DNA of 64,000 nt from positions 25,172,001 to 25,236,000 of the forward strand of contig OZ249447.1 in assembly GCA_965235115.1 (NCBI GenBank), written 5' to 3'. Source of the stretch: Laetmonice hystrix. Its lineage: Eukaryota. Position numbers and translations under genes: made by a program. The notes below the pieces were generated by a model that ran no database searches, had not been told where the DNA came from, and was given only the letters and a program-made list of their open reading frames with translations. Positions 1-12,800 of this stretch are shown one piece after another (the stretch's first letter is position 1; every line of letters begins with the position of its first letter).

Positions 1-2052
1 GTGGTTTATCATGGGCGTGTTGTTCCCCTCCCCACCCCAACCCCCACCCCAACCCCATCAAGCCCGCCGGTAGGGTGACGGCTGGTGACCTTCACGTCAC
101 ATTGACGTGTTTACACCAGGCCCGACCCCCGCCGATGAATGTGGCCGACGCCAGGATGTGTTTTTAAACTGGCGGAGAGTGCGCGGGTACCGGGGATACG
201 GCAGGTGGCTCTACTGCTCGCACTAAAGCAAAAGTCGTCTTGGAGTTCTTACTCAAAATTAAGGCAAAACCAATTTCCAACCATTAGTTATCTTTGAGTT
301 CTTTTGGGTAAATGGAGGAAGTTGCCACTCATGCAGGTATTGTGGGTGCGGCTATAGAAGTCTAACTTAGGTGCAGATATTTTGGGAATGGTTATAGAAT
401 GGGTATGTAACCTAGATACAGATATTGTGCGGTGTAGCTAGGGTCATCGCTTATAGATCGCATTTAGATGGTAGTGGGATGTAATTATAGAATAAATATA
501 TAGCCCTATTACAGGCCCCAAACTGGCCCCCAAATCTCCAAAAAAAACTATCTATATCCCCGTCCCAAAGCCAATCCCTGCCCCTCACCCTAACCCTGTC
601 CCTCAGAGCAGAATCTTTACACATTGCGGGGGTTTTACATACAGGGGCAAATATTTTTACATATTGCAATAGTTTTACATATAGAGGACGTTTTACTTAT
701 ACGGGCTGTACACCCCGTGGGAATATCACCATGGGGATTAACGGGCACAGGACACCATCCCCACGGCAAAAACACCGCCTCCGGTATGCCTGCCTCACAA
801 CCTCCCTGCCCTTCTCAACATCAAGTGACGATTAAAGACAATCCTCAAAAAACGACGCTCCCGAAAAAATGAAGTAAATGCAACGACTAAGGAAATGTGC
901 TGATTTAGCAAAATTTGAAGGACACTCCAAAGACATTGCAGGCTTTAACTGCTTGCCGAGCTCGGAGGAAGGGATGATTATGCGCTGGTGGTTGGCATGC
1001 CAGGGCGGTCTGAGGGACCAGTGGCTGCAGTATGTGATGGTGCGATCAGCTGGCCGCCGCAGCAGCTGTAGCCCCAGCACACCAATCGGTTGGCGATTGT
1101 GTCTACAGGTAGGAATGGTGCAATCAAGGCTGGGAGAGTGGCCGGCTCCATCCGCTGGCTGACCGGCCGGCCGGCTGGTCGGGCATTTTCTGTGTACAGC
1201 GTCCATAGTAATAATACTGGCACTCGCCAACTGCACAGACTCGTGTCTCCCAGTGTAGGGGCAGGTGTGCGTGCTGCAGCCATGTGGGATAATATATATA
1301 CATGTATATAAGTTAGTACGGTGGTGATAGGGTGGGAGAGACGTGTCGGGATATAAAATTAAGTGTTGATTCGAAAGTTACAACTGCTGCCAGGTGCTCG
1401 AGCTCAGAATATCATCGTTTTCATCAACTTCCTCATGTTGCGAATCTACTTAAGAAGAATAATGCTGAAGGCTAGCGAAGAGGATTTGGGACAGGGAAAG
1501 TTAGCATGAGTAGGATTAGATTAGCACAGTTTGGGATACGGCAGGGCCAGGTTAGCACTGACAGGTGCAGAACAGGCTCGGAGCTGGCAGGCGTGCGTTA
1601 GCAGACTGGTGAGACCAAAATTTGTTTACAGGGAGGTGTTCAAAGAATAACACCGGTAGCTCACTGTGAATTATTACTGATACGTACTGCCGACCAGGAG
1701 CAGCCGAAATCTACACGGCTGGATAACGTCCATCTGAATTCATGCCGATGGAAATATTGCTCTTGGATGCGAGCGAATAAAACCATAAAAATGGATCTGA
1801 TCATTCATTTTGTTTAAACCAACTTATTTGCATTTGCTGAAGGTTTCTATAAATGTATAGGATAGATGAGGAGGCTGTGGGTTTGTGTATGGGAGGTCAT
1901 GTCGTTGTGGGAGAGGCTGTATATAAAACGTCCTGTGTGTTGTAGATCTTCTCTACATGTATATTCCTCAAGTTTTACGCCTGGACCAAATGCTGTCATC
2001 ATTATTTTCATAGAACCATAGGACCACGTTCATCAGACCCCATAGTATGGGG

Positions 2053-3147
2053 TGCCAAGTGTTACCTTTATAATTTCGTACACAGAATTCTTTTTCGTAA
2101 ACGAAATTATAATTTCATACACGAAATTCGTTTTCGTAAACGAAATTATAATTTCGTACACGAAATTCTTTTTCGTAAACGAATTTATAATTTCGTAGGC
2201 GTAATATCCATTTCATATATGGAATGACTTTTGTCTACGCAATAATTAATTCCGTCAACGAAATTCACTTCTGTCTCAGTGGCATTTAGTACACGAAATG
2301 GACATGGTGGAGACGAAATTCCATTCTGTATACATAATGGATTATTGTGGGGACGAAATAACATTTCGTAGACAAAATGTATTTTATGGCAAGGAAGTCA
2401 ATTCCGTGGACAGAATTGATTATTATGTACACGAAATTGAATTTCGTACACAAAATGGACTTTGAGGAGACGACATTCCATTCTGTATACGGAATAGAAT
2501 TGTTGAGACGAAATTATACTTAATAGAAGGAGCAAAATGTGCCATCATTCTCATAGACGGAATGGATGTACTGTGGAGAAGAAATAGAATTGCGTACACG
2601 AAATGAATACTATGGAGACGGAATTCCATTTCATAGACAAAATGGATGATTGTTGAGACGAAAGTGGATTTCGTTGATGGAATTGATTTTTGTGTAGACG
2701 AAATGTCAATTCATTTACGAAAAAAAAATTCGTGTACGAAATTGTAATTTCGTTTATGAAAAAGAATTTTGTGTACGAAATTATAATTTCATTTACGAAA
2801 AAAAATTTCGTGTTCGTGACATGTAATGGATACTGTGGAGACGAAAATCATCCTCAGAGACAGAATGGATGTACTGTGGAGACGAAATGGTATTTTGTAC
2901 ACGAAATGAATACCATGGAGGCGAAATTCCATTTCGTAGACAGAATGGATGATTGTTAAGCCGAAAGTGAATTTCGTTGACGGAATTGATTATTGTGTAA
3001 ACAAAATGTCATTACGAAATGGATATTACGTCTACAAAATTATAATTTCGTTTATGAAAAAGAATTTAGTGTACGAAATTATAATTTTGTTTACTTCGTT
3101 TACGAAAAAGAATTTCGTGTACGAAATTATAAAGGTAACACTTGGCA
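2053..3147. mobile_element. Foldback-like non-autonomous DNA element with long, internally repetitive terminal inverted repeats
   Basis: The terminal ~53 bp TGCCAAGTGTTACCTTTATAATTTCGTACAC... is a near-perfect inverted match. Imperfect pairing extends ~220 bp. The arms contain ~39-bp subrepeats and the interior has many GAGACGAAAT/CACGAAAT motifs. Confidence 0.75.
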
Positions 3148-3336
3148 TTGGTCCCCGTTCGTCCTTGGGTAATCTTTGGGTCGTTTAACCAGACAGGCAC
3201 TGAAACTTTAGTTTGAGTTCTTGACATGTTACAGTACGTGGTTGGTGTTTGTAATGTAGCCAGCATATTGCGGCCTTGTTGCAGTATGTATCCAAAAGTC
3301 AAATCTGAATGTTTGTTTGTTTGTTTGTTCGGCCAG

Positions 3337-3528
3337 GTCTAAGTGGTTCGGCTGCTGACATTAAAAACCGCATTGAAGTGTTCGGTTCGAACGTGATACC
3401 TCCGAAGCCACCCAAGACGTTCCTGACGTTAGTGTGGGAAGCCCTTCAAGATGTCACCCTTATCATCCTCATTGTCGCTGCCATCATATCCCTAGGACTT
3501 TCATTTTACAGGCCAGAGGACGAAACGG
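3337..3528 (+). CDS. ATP2B: PMCA exon: end of N-terminal domain and TM1 ([12 protein letters not shown]...[10 protein letters not shown])
   Basis: ccag|GT acceptor, G|gtaagc donor, 192 nt, phase 1-1; [24 protein letters not shown] is typical PMCA sequence. Confidence 0.96.
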
Positions 3529-6500
3529 GTAAGCCCATTTTTGTAAACATTGCTCTTTTCAAATTGACCCATCTAATGGAAATAGTACTACTACTATAGG
3601 TGAAGTTTGTAAGGAAATGTTATTCTTTAAGATGTGATTCCAACTAAAAATGTGAATCCTTTTTAAGGTGCCCCCCCCCCCCTTAACTGGAGAACCTGGT
3701 TTTTCCTGACCTGTTTAGTGGTTGGATTGAGAGGCGTGATGGTAACTATTTGTGTACCTTAACACTGCCCACTGATCTACCACCCTAACCGTGTAAAGAA
3801 GTCCATTGGCATTGGATTCATGTCTAGTTTTTTCAACCTGATAGATATGTGACATGATGCATGCAAAGGGGGTTTCCCGGGAGTGCCAGGGTTAACGTCC
3901 TGGGTGTAAATGGTTGTACCAGGAGTGCCAGGGTTAACGTCATATTGTACCAGGAGTGCCAGGGTTAACGTCCTGGGTGTAAAGGATTGTACTGGCAGTG
4001 CCAGGGTTAACGTCCTGGGTGTAAATGGTTGTACCAGGAGTGCCAGGGTTAACGTCATATTGTACCGGGAGTGCCAGAGTTAACGTCCTGGGTGTAAAGG
4101 GTTGTACCAGGAGTGCCAGGGTTAACGTCCTGGGTGTAAAGGGTTGTACCAGGAGTGCCAGGGTTAACGTCATATTGTACCGGGAGTGCCAGAGTTAACG
4201 TCCTGGGTGTAAAGGGTTGTACCAGGAGTGCCAGGGTTAACGTCCTGGGTGTAAAGGGTTGTACCAGGAGTGCCAGGGTTAACGTCATATTGTACCGGGA
4301 GTGCCAGAGTTAACGTCCTGGGTGTAAAGGGTTGTACCAGGAGTGCCAGCGTTAACGTCCTGGGTGTAAAGGGTTTTACCGGGAGTGCCAGGGTTAACTT
4401 CCTGGGTGTAAAGGGTTTTACCGGGAGTGCCAGGGTTAACATCCTGGGTGTAAAGGATTGTACCGGGAGTGCCAGGGTTAACGTCCTGGGTGTAAAGGAT
4501 TGTACCGGGAGTGCCAGGGTTAACGTCCTGGGTGTAAAGGATTGTACTGGCAGTGCCAGGGTTAACGTCCTGGGTGTAAAGGGTTGTACTGGCAGTGCCA
4601 GGGTTAACGTCATATTGTACCGGGAGTTCCAGAGTTAACGTCCTGGGTGTAAAGGGTTTTACCGGGAGTGCCAGGGTTAACGTCCTGGGTGTAAAGGATT
4701 GTACCGGGAGTGCCAGGGTTAACGTCCTGGGTGTAAAGGGTTGTACCAGGAGTGCCAGCATTAACGTCCTGGGTGTAAAGGGTTTTACCGGGAGTGCCAG
4801 GGTTAACGTCCTGGGTGTAAAGGATTGTACCGGGAGTGCCAGGGTTAACGTCCTGGGTGTAAAGGATTGTACCGGGAGTGCCAGGGTTAACGTCGTATTG
4901 TACCGGGAGTGCCAGGGTTAACGTCCTGGGTGTAAAGGATTGTACCGGGAGTGCCAGTGTTAACGTCATATTGTACTGGGAGTGCCAGTGTTAACGTCAT
5001 ATTGTACCGGGAGTGCCAGTGTTAACGTCATATTGTACCGGGAGTGCCAGGGTTAACGTCATATTGTACCGGGAGTGCCAGGGTTAACGTCATATTGTAC
5101 CGGGAGTGCCAGTGTTAACGTCATATTGTACCGGGTGTGCCAGGGTTAACGTCCTGCGTGTAAAGGGTTGTATCTTGGTACCCAGTGTTGTCGGGGTGGA
5201 GGTTAGGGTTCGGTGATATTGGTGGTTGCTGCATGCCTGTGTTACTGACAGTCCTTGTCTTATTCCGCCCCCCATTCAGAAACAGAAGGCCTGCACGGTG
5301 AGTGACGATGACATATCCAAGTATAGATTTACAACTTTCATTGTCTTCCTGATTTCACATCCTCTTTTTAATTGTTAATATATAGATGTGTATATTATTT
5401 ATGTGAACTAACAATTTTTATTTCGATTGTGTTGTTCATGCAGGCAGCAGCCTGATAAACGCCCTATTTTGCGGCGGTAGAGGCTGCCTGCTCAATTGAT
5501 TAAATTTTACTTCAACTCTCAACATGTGGGGATACTTAAATTTGGAAAATAAGTATTAGCATGAACAAGAAGTAGCATGAACCGAAGACGTTTTTGTCTT
5601 TTTGCTAACCAAATTTGGTGCAGACACCGGCGATTTTAAATTGGCCTGTCTTTGATCTATTAACGGTGATAATCATTGTATTGTACAAGATAAGTTCCCA
5701 ACTCTCGAAGAATCATTAAATTTGTGAAAATTTAAAAAGCATGAAATTTTGCATGTACCAATACCTACAGAATCAAATAAGACCAACAGACGTTAAACGA
5801 ATTCAAGATGGCCGACAATTTAGAATCTAATTCTGAAAAAGAATCGCCATAAATTGACTTAAAAGTTTTCCTGAAGCGTCAAATAGACATTTGGCATCCA
5901 TTTACATGCGGTAAAACGGGATTAACAATTTGAAAAATTCAAGTTGGCGGCCAGTATTAATAGTAGCCGACGTTTGTTGTGTATTATACCGCTAAATTGT
6001 CAGTTTGCCAGTGTTACAGACATAACATGGAGCTGTGAGCTTTTACTAGCCTACTAGTAGTGCAATTTTGGAATATAAAACTAAGCTGTTTTAAATTTAA
6101 ACTATACCTTTCTTCAACACTGCCTCGGTTTTTCTTTCTGTTGGTGTCCAATTTGGTTTTTAATTTATCATCCATGATAACATGTTTCCAGCAGATTTTC
6201 ATGTGCTAGTTGTTATTAACAGCATGCTTGCATAGTTAAGTAGATGAGTGCTATCATGGCTTTTATAGAGGAAAGTTCATTGTTGTTTGAGTGAGAAAGA
6301 AAATGTGGCTGAATAATGTGCCACAACAAATTTCCAATAGCGCCGAATATTTGAAACAGTCCACAGGATACATGGAAGGTCGTCTACTGCAGAATTCTGC
6401 CCATGTACCAGCTCCCTTCATTGGTAGTCCATTCGCACCCAGTTATAACATCTAGGATCGCATTGTTGGGACATGTAAATTAAATCCAGCGATTTTTCAA

Positions 6501-9500
6501 AAAATGTAAGCGTTAAAATATTACAGCGAATCATGTATTATCTCTCCCCCCCCCCCCCCCCACCCACCAATTTTATTTCGTCGAAATGACTCTCACATTG
6601 TTCATGGACAGAATGCAGTAGATGGTCTCTGAACGGTTGATTGTTTGTTCCATCTATTCACATACATTTGTATACGTTTCAGATGAGGTGGCATTAATAT
6701 TTTACGAATTGTTGAGAGACGCTGCTGATGTATATTATTGCAGTGCCTATTGAAGGCCCAAATAAGATTAATTATGTCGATTAAGGATGGTCAATCGTTG
6801 GGCTTTAAACCAGACTACAGTTGGTGTACCATTGGTCGGCAGGGTCCGACCACAATCTAATTAAAATTAGATCTTAGTAGGCCTATTCCGCGTCTCTCTC
6901 GGCTGTGTCAATGCTGTCTGCGCTCCATAGGCTACCTAGATCTAAGGAAATCCCATTAGGGGTCACCTCAGGTTGACCTCTGGATTCAGCCAATCAGCGA
7001 GTCGCCTACGAAATCTTCGGTGTGCGCTCGTAGGCATTTTCAACGGCACACTGGGTCAAAGGGCAGCCTGAGTTGACCCCATACGGGATGCCGTTAGATC
7101 CTAGTATGGAGCGCATGCGAAATAACTAAGATCTAATTTTAATTAGATTGAGTCCGACCACCGGTGGGCAGGGTCCGACCACCGGTGGTCATCCAAGGCC
7201 AGTTGATATATCCCTGCTCCACTGATCAGGATGGTAGTAACAGCTTGTTGCTGGTTTTATCCTCCTCCTCCTACTGTCTATTGTAATTCCTGGTGTAGGC
7301 TCTCGAAACGGTCCCCGATTTGTCATTACGAGTCTGTCAGGGATCAGAAGCACCGGCTCTTGATTCTATGAGATGTTGGAGTGTTAATTACGCGTGCTTA
7401 ATTAAGTGTGCCTAATTAACAGGTTCAAAGATTCCAATATATGTTTTCTTATAACGTCTTTATGGTAATCATGTGTGTGAACCCGCTGTATAGGTATTCT
7501 AGCGTTGAACAGAGATGGCAGTTATTGTGTTTGGTGTCTTAAAGTCTTTGGTGATTGGAAAAGAAAGAGATGGATTATTTACATTATCAACTGGTAAATC
7601 CTTGTGGCAGAGTCTTCTAGGTTACCGAGTATCAGCTTCTTTCACTTTGTCAAATCGGAAAAATTTGAGTAATTAATATAAGTGCTCATGAAAAAGGCAG
7701 GATATATAGGCGAAACGCAGAATATATTATTTGGGGGTTTTTTTACAACCTTTCTCAGCGTGAGCCGAGTTCTTAAGCAAAGGTATACATGAAATGACGA
7801 CAGCTGTCCAGAATCTGTGAGACTCTGCCATATTTAATTTTGAATATGAAACATAATTTTGTAATTATTGGCCCGTAGATTTTCAGCAACGGTATTGATA
7901 AAATTGCCTTGCTGTCCTTGCGACGATGTTGATTATGTTTCATCTATCCGAGGTTCGGATTGGCTGACTTAACAGTTAACATGGATACGGTGCCCCTGGT
8001 GCATGGCCAAGGTGCCCCTGGTGCAATGCCAAGGTGCCCCTGGTGCATGGCCAAGGTGCCCCTGGTGCATGGCCAAGGTGCCCCTGGTGCATGGCCAAGA
8101 CAACAGTACTGGCAGGGCCCAAAGGTGCTGTGGATCCTGTATCTGGTATATTGATCTTAAGAGTCGATCATTATCTCAGAGATACGATCCATGGATGATG
8201 GTGCCTTGCCTTAACTATTAATGCAGCCTCTGAAGAAACTTAGATTAGAAACTACAAAAGTAGGTCCTATTGACCTATTTTTTTGGAAACCTGTGGATGG
8301 CCTTTATACGATGTATAATTTGTGTTTATTTATACGCTGCAGCCTCCGATGCGAGTAAGTTCCCTTCCAAGTTTCCATGCTGTGTTCCCACACACGTACT
8401 GAAGGGTCCGAGTTTAGCACAGACTGGTGTATTTCTGTATTGAGCGGACGGTGGTGATCAGTTTGTGTGTGTGTGTCATGGTCCCGTGTACCCGTGTGTA
8501 GATTGGCGGGCTGCCTGGTCTATACTAGGGAAAGACGCCACCACAGAGTTCACGATATAAACTAGGAAACAGCCAGGCCAGCGCTTACAATGCAAACGAC
8601 ACCAAGTCCAATCCATATATATGTCAGGAACAGGAGCAGTATTTTTGACACACCGTCAACGCTTGAAATAGAAAGTAGACTGACATAATAGTAACAAGAA
8701 TATCGTTTAATCCGCTGGAGCCCAGAGGGCAGGAACCCCAAGGGCCGGAACCCCTTTGACCTTAAAACACTGGCGATTTTAGAAGAGATTTGCAGACAGC
8801 CACATTTCAGATATGCCCTAATAAGACCAGCGTAGACGTGGTACAAATACATGTCTTGCTATCGTAGTCAGAGATACTCAGTGACAGAAAATAGTGTTAG
8901 AAGATTACGAGTATCTCACCTATTTTAAAGGTACCCGCCGTATCCTTTCCCATTACCTTGACCCAAACGAAAATGGTTTCCTAAAAAAGTACTTGTTTTG
9001 TTGCACTTTGTCCAAAGATTCAACACGCATGAAATTTGTACTCAATTTGAAAAAGGCATGGCCATTCCATGTTGTATGAAGGCGTTTTGATAGTCCCTTG
9101 TTCCGACTTATGTTTGTAAACATTTACAACTATGTTATATGTTCACCTGCACCGGATGGTATACACCCTGTAGTTGCCTTTTGAATTCCCCCTGAGTGAG
9201 TTTTTTATTGGAAGAATAAATCTAAGGATTATGGCAGTTTAATTCTAAATTTTAAAACTCCGGTCCTCGTTTTGACAGATTTGGCATCGAAGTTAGCACG
9301 AATTGACCAAATAAGTATCATCTTGATCTATGTAAATTTCCCAGTGAAATATTGATATTCTTTTTTATATAATGAAAAAGAAACTACCCTTTTTGATATA
9401 TCCTTTTGGTTAGATATCATTATACCCGTTTTACGCCTAAAACCGGTCCGTTCCAGTTTTTTTGACCATTCCGCCGCACCCGCCTTTCCCTCGTGTTTAT

Positions 9501-9776
9501 AATAGGATGCTTGCTGCCTTATTTTGTCAGTTTGTTTTAGACCCCGCAGAAGGTGAAGATCTGCTGGGTTGTCGGGTCGTGAGGGTAATTGCTGTATAGC
9601 GGTACCCGCTGGGAAGCTGGTTTGAAATTTAACTAGACTAACAGCATGGCTGCGTGAAGTGGGAGCATCAGTCACATTCATGGCCATACATTGATAAAGG
9701 ACTGAAGAGATGGAGCATTTTCAGCCAGCGTTGCATCCACATCCTTATATGCTGCGATTGTGCAAAGCAGTAGTGT

Positions 9777-9837
<61 letters not shown>

Positions 9838-12800
9838 CACAAGTGGTGGTCAACGAAGAAGAGATGGACATTTCCTTATATAGGTTCCACCATGTGCAAT
9901 GGAAGTACCGCAGTGGTGGTCACAGTGATCTGCTGTTGTCGATGATGCACATTGGTTTGAAAAGCATTGCCAGAACCCCCTGCACAAAGGAGACATTGGC
10001 CATGTTTGAGTCAACCCCTTAACCCGAATCATTGCAGTCCTCGTCCTCCCGGGCCCATATTAGTTGGAACTAGACCTATTGCATCTCAGTGAAATGTTTG
10101 ATAAATTATGGTGCGCGTTCGTGTGGACGTATTTGGTGGTTGCAAGTACCAGACAGTGTGCCGGCTGTGCGTTTCGTGCGGAGATGCAGTGCCCATGCAG
10201 GAGCCGAAACAAGCGGTTCGTTTGGGAGGCCAGAGTTTGAACTCAGAGATGGCACTCGTCTTACTCGTCCCAGAGAGAGAGAAAGGGAGGGAGATGTCGA
10301 CACAATTGATTCAGCTCGGATCTAAAAATGACGCTTGTGCACTTGGTGGAGCCATCGGCCGGCAGGGAGCTGACTGCCAGGAGGTGGACAGCGGTGGCTG
10401 GGCTCAGGCTGTGAATGGGTCGTTTGGCGGGGGACCGTGTTGGCCAGGCTCAGGCCGTGAATGGGTCGTTTGGCGGTGGACCCTGCTGGCCTGGCTCAGA
10501 CTGTGAATGGGTCGTTTGGCGGTGGACCCTGCTGGCCCGGCTCAGGCTGTGAATGGGTCGTTTGGCGGGGGACCGTGTTGGCCAGGCTCAGGCTGTGAAT
10601 GGGTCGTTTGGCGCGGGACCCTGCTGGTCCGGCTCAGGCTGTGAATGGGTCGTTTGGCGGGGGACTGTGCTGGCCAGGCACAGGCTGTGAATGGGTCGTT
10701 TGGTGGGGGACCGTGTTGGCCAGGCTCAGGCCGTGAATGGGTCGTTTGGCGGGGTACCGTGTTGGCCAGGCTCAGGCCGTGAATGGGTCGTTTGGCGGGG
10801 TACCGTGTTGGCCAGGCTCAGGCTGTGAATGGGTCGTTTGGCGGGGGACCGTGCTGGGTCACAGCGCTGGCGCGGCTCAGGCCGTGAATGGGTCGTTTGG
10901 CGGGGGACCGTGTTGGCCCGGCTCAGGCTGTGAATGGGTCGTTTGGCGGTGGACCGTGTTGGCCCGGCTCAGGCTGTGAATGGGTCGTTTGGCGGGGTAC
11001 CGTGTTGGCCAGGCTCAGGCCGTGAATGAGTCGTTTGGCGGGGGACCGTGCTGGGTCACAACGCTGGCCCGGCTCAGGCTGTGAATGAGTCGTTTGGCGG
11101 GGGACCGTGCTGGGTCACAGCGCTGGCCCGGCTCAGGCCGTGAATGAGTCGTTTGGCAGGGGACCGTGCTGGGTCACAGCGCTGGCCCGGCTCAGGCTGT
11201 GAATGGGTCGTTTGGCGGTGGACCCTGCTGGCCCGGCTCAGGCTGTGAATGGGTCGTTTGGCGGGGGACTGTGTTGGCCAGGCTCAGGCTGTGAATGGGT
11301 CGTTTGACTGACCCCAGCCTGGAGCTGTAGGACGGCACGTCTGCCAGGGAAAGGACATACCTCAGCGCAATCTATCTGCAGATTTCCTCACACCGTCTCC
11401 ATCGTTCTCATCATCTCGGTGGGTGCCTGTCTGTCTCACAGACGTTCTGTCGTATTGTTACACCATCCCACTCACTAGGAATCGCTAAGATTCTGGATGC
11501 AAAGTGAAATGGGGACTAGCAGGCTGCTGCTGCTGCTGCCAGCTGGCAGGATTTCAGTCCTTGCCAAAGCGACGGCATCTGTGCTGGCGGAGTGGCCTGG
11601 GGGAGGTTGGCATGACAGCAAGCATGCCACTTGAGGTAGATTTCAATTATCTGCGGTTGTCTGTCCTTCGTATCACTGCCCAGAACCAGAGTCTTGATCT
11701 TCCTTGGGTGACGGCCAAGGTTTTCAAATGTCACCAGTAAAACCGTAAACAAACAACAATTAAAAAAAACCAACAAGAGGTTGGATTTATAAAGGTCGCG
11801 GTTTGCCATCAGGGCAGCTCAGAAGCTGACCTTGAAAGATGGCAGTGGTCGCCGTCAGTCCATGTGTTAATGTGGAGAGTCGCTGTAAGGTGGTCAACTT
11901 CCTTCCTTAACTAATGGTCGCAGCAAGGGAGGTTTACGATCATATCATGTAACAATGCCACGGGAAGGAGGGTAAGCCCAGTTTTGTGAAAACTTGTTGT
12001 TTCTTAAGCTTTAGCTTAACGCCGCTGTTCTGCTGTCCAGCTTAGACCTGCCAACGATAAGCGTTAGGCATAAGCAAGAGCTTAAGTTTTGCAGAGCCTT
12101 GCCCAGGTCTGGCGGACTGGGCGGGAGAAGTGGCGAGTTTGATGCCCATCGCTGATTGGTTGCTTGTGTTTTCTGGCCAGTAGTGAGATGAACAGGTAAT
12201 GTGGGTTTAGCCAGTGCAGACACTTGGAGCGACAGTAACGAGTAGAGCTGGGCGTCTAACATGATTGGACCGAGTTTAACAACCGCCAACTTGGCCCAGC
12301 CAACGCGTCCTTCTGCCCAACCGAAAACGAGACAAAACAACGGGTGGGGGGCTTTACACGCCCTCTGGCGGAGACAAAGTGAACTGCTTGCCTGGTGAAG
12401 GGACCACGTGGGGGCCATCACTGTGGAAGGGATTATCGTGGCTGATCCCCACTGCGGTTAATCCCAGGGAAATGTCAGCGCCGGGCACTGATAGCGGTAA
12501 ACCGACCAAGGCCAGGGGTTAATGATTGACTTCAGACATCAAAACTGGGCTGCGTTTCATATCTCATGGCTCTTCATTACAATGGATGACTCTCCCATCA
12601 CAGAGATTATTGCATAGATACCCTGGCAGAGAGAGAGAGAGAGAGAGGGGGGGATGAAATACTGTCTATATTTAGATTTAGGGTAGAGGCAGCGGTGGTG
12701 TAGGTTTCCCCTTGGTTGATTAACTAGTTGGTGTTAGTGCAGGTTATCGTGATGAGACACCAGGGACTGGGTCCCAGTTAGAAAACCACTATTCGCACGA

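Noticed and set aside
1-3336. First coding exon of PMCA
   Set aside because: No PMCA-like N-terminal peptide in any frame. The exon at 3337 starts in phase 1, so the start lies upstream of the window.
3777-5275. Many overlapping repeat ORFs ([10 protein letters not shown]..., [12 protein letters not shown]...)
   Set aside because: Translations of the 42/31-bp minisatellite. The same applies to the ORFs over 10401-11306, 18011-18476, 27205-28308 and 28696-29359.
5444-5476. 33-nt open, in-frame segment after a good acceptor
   Set aside because: The donor GTAGAG is weak. A 6-nt candidate at 16576-16581 (short pyrimidine tract) also falls below my threshold.
9668-9945. Poly-Leu and poly-Ala ORFs
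   Set aside because: Translations of the (GCA)20 microsatellite.
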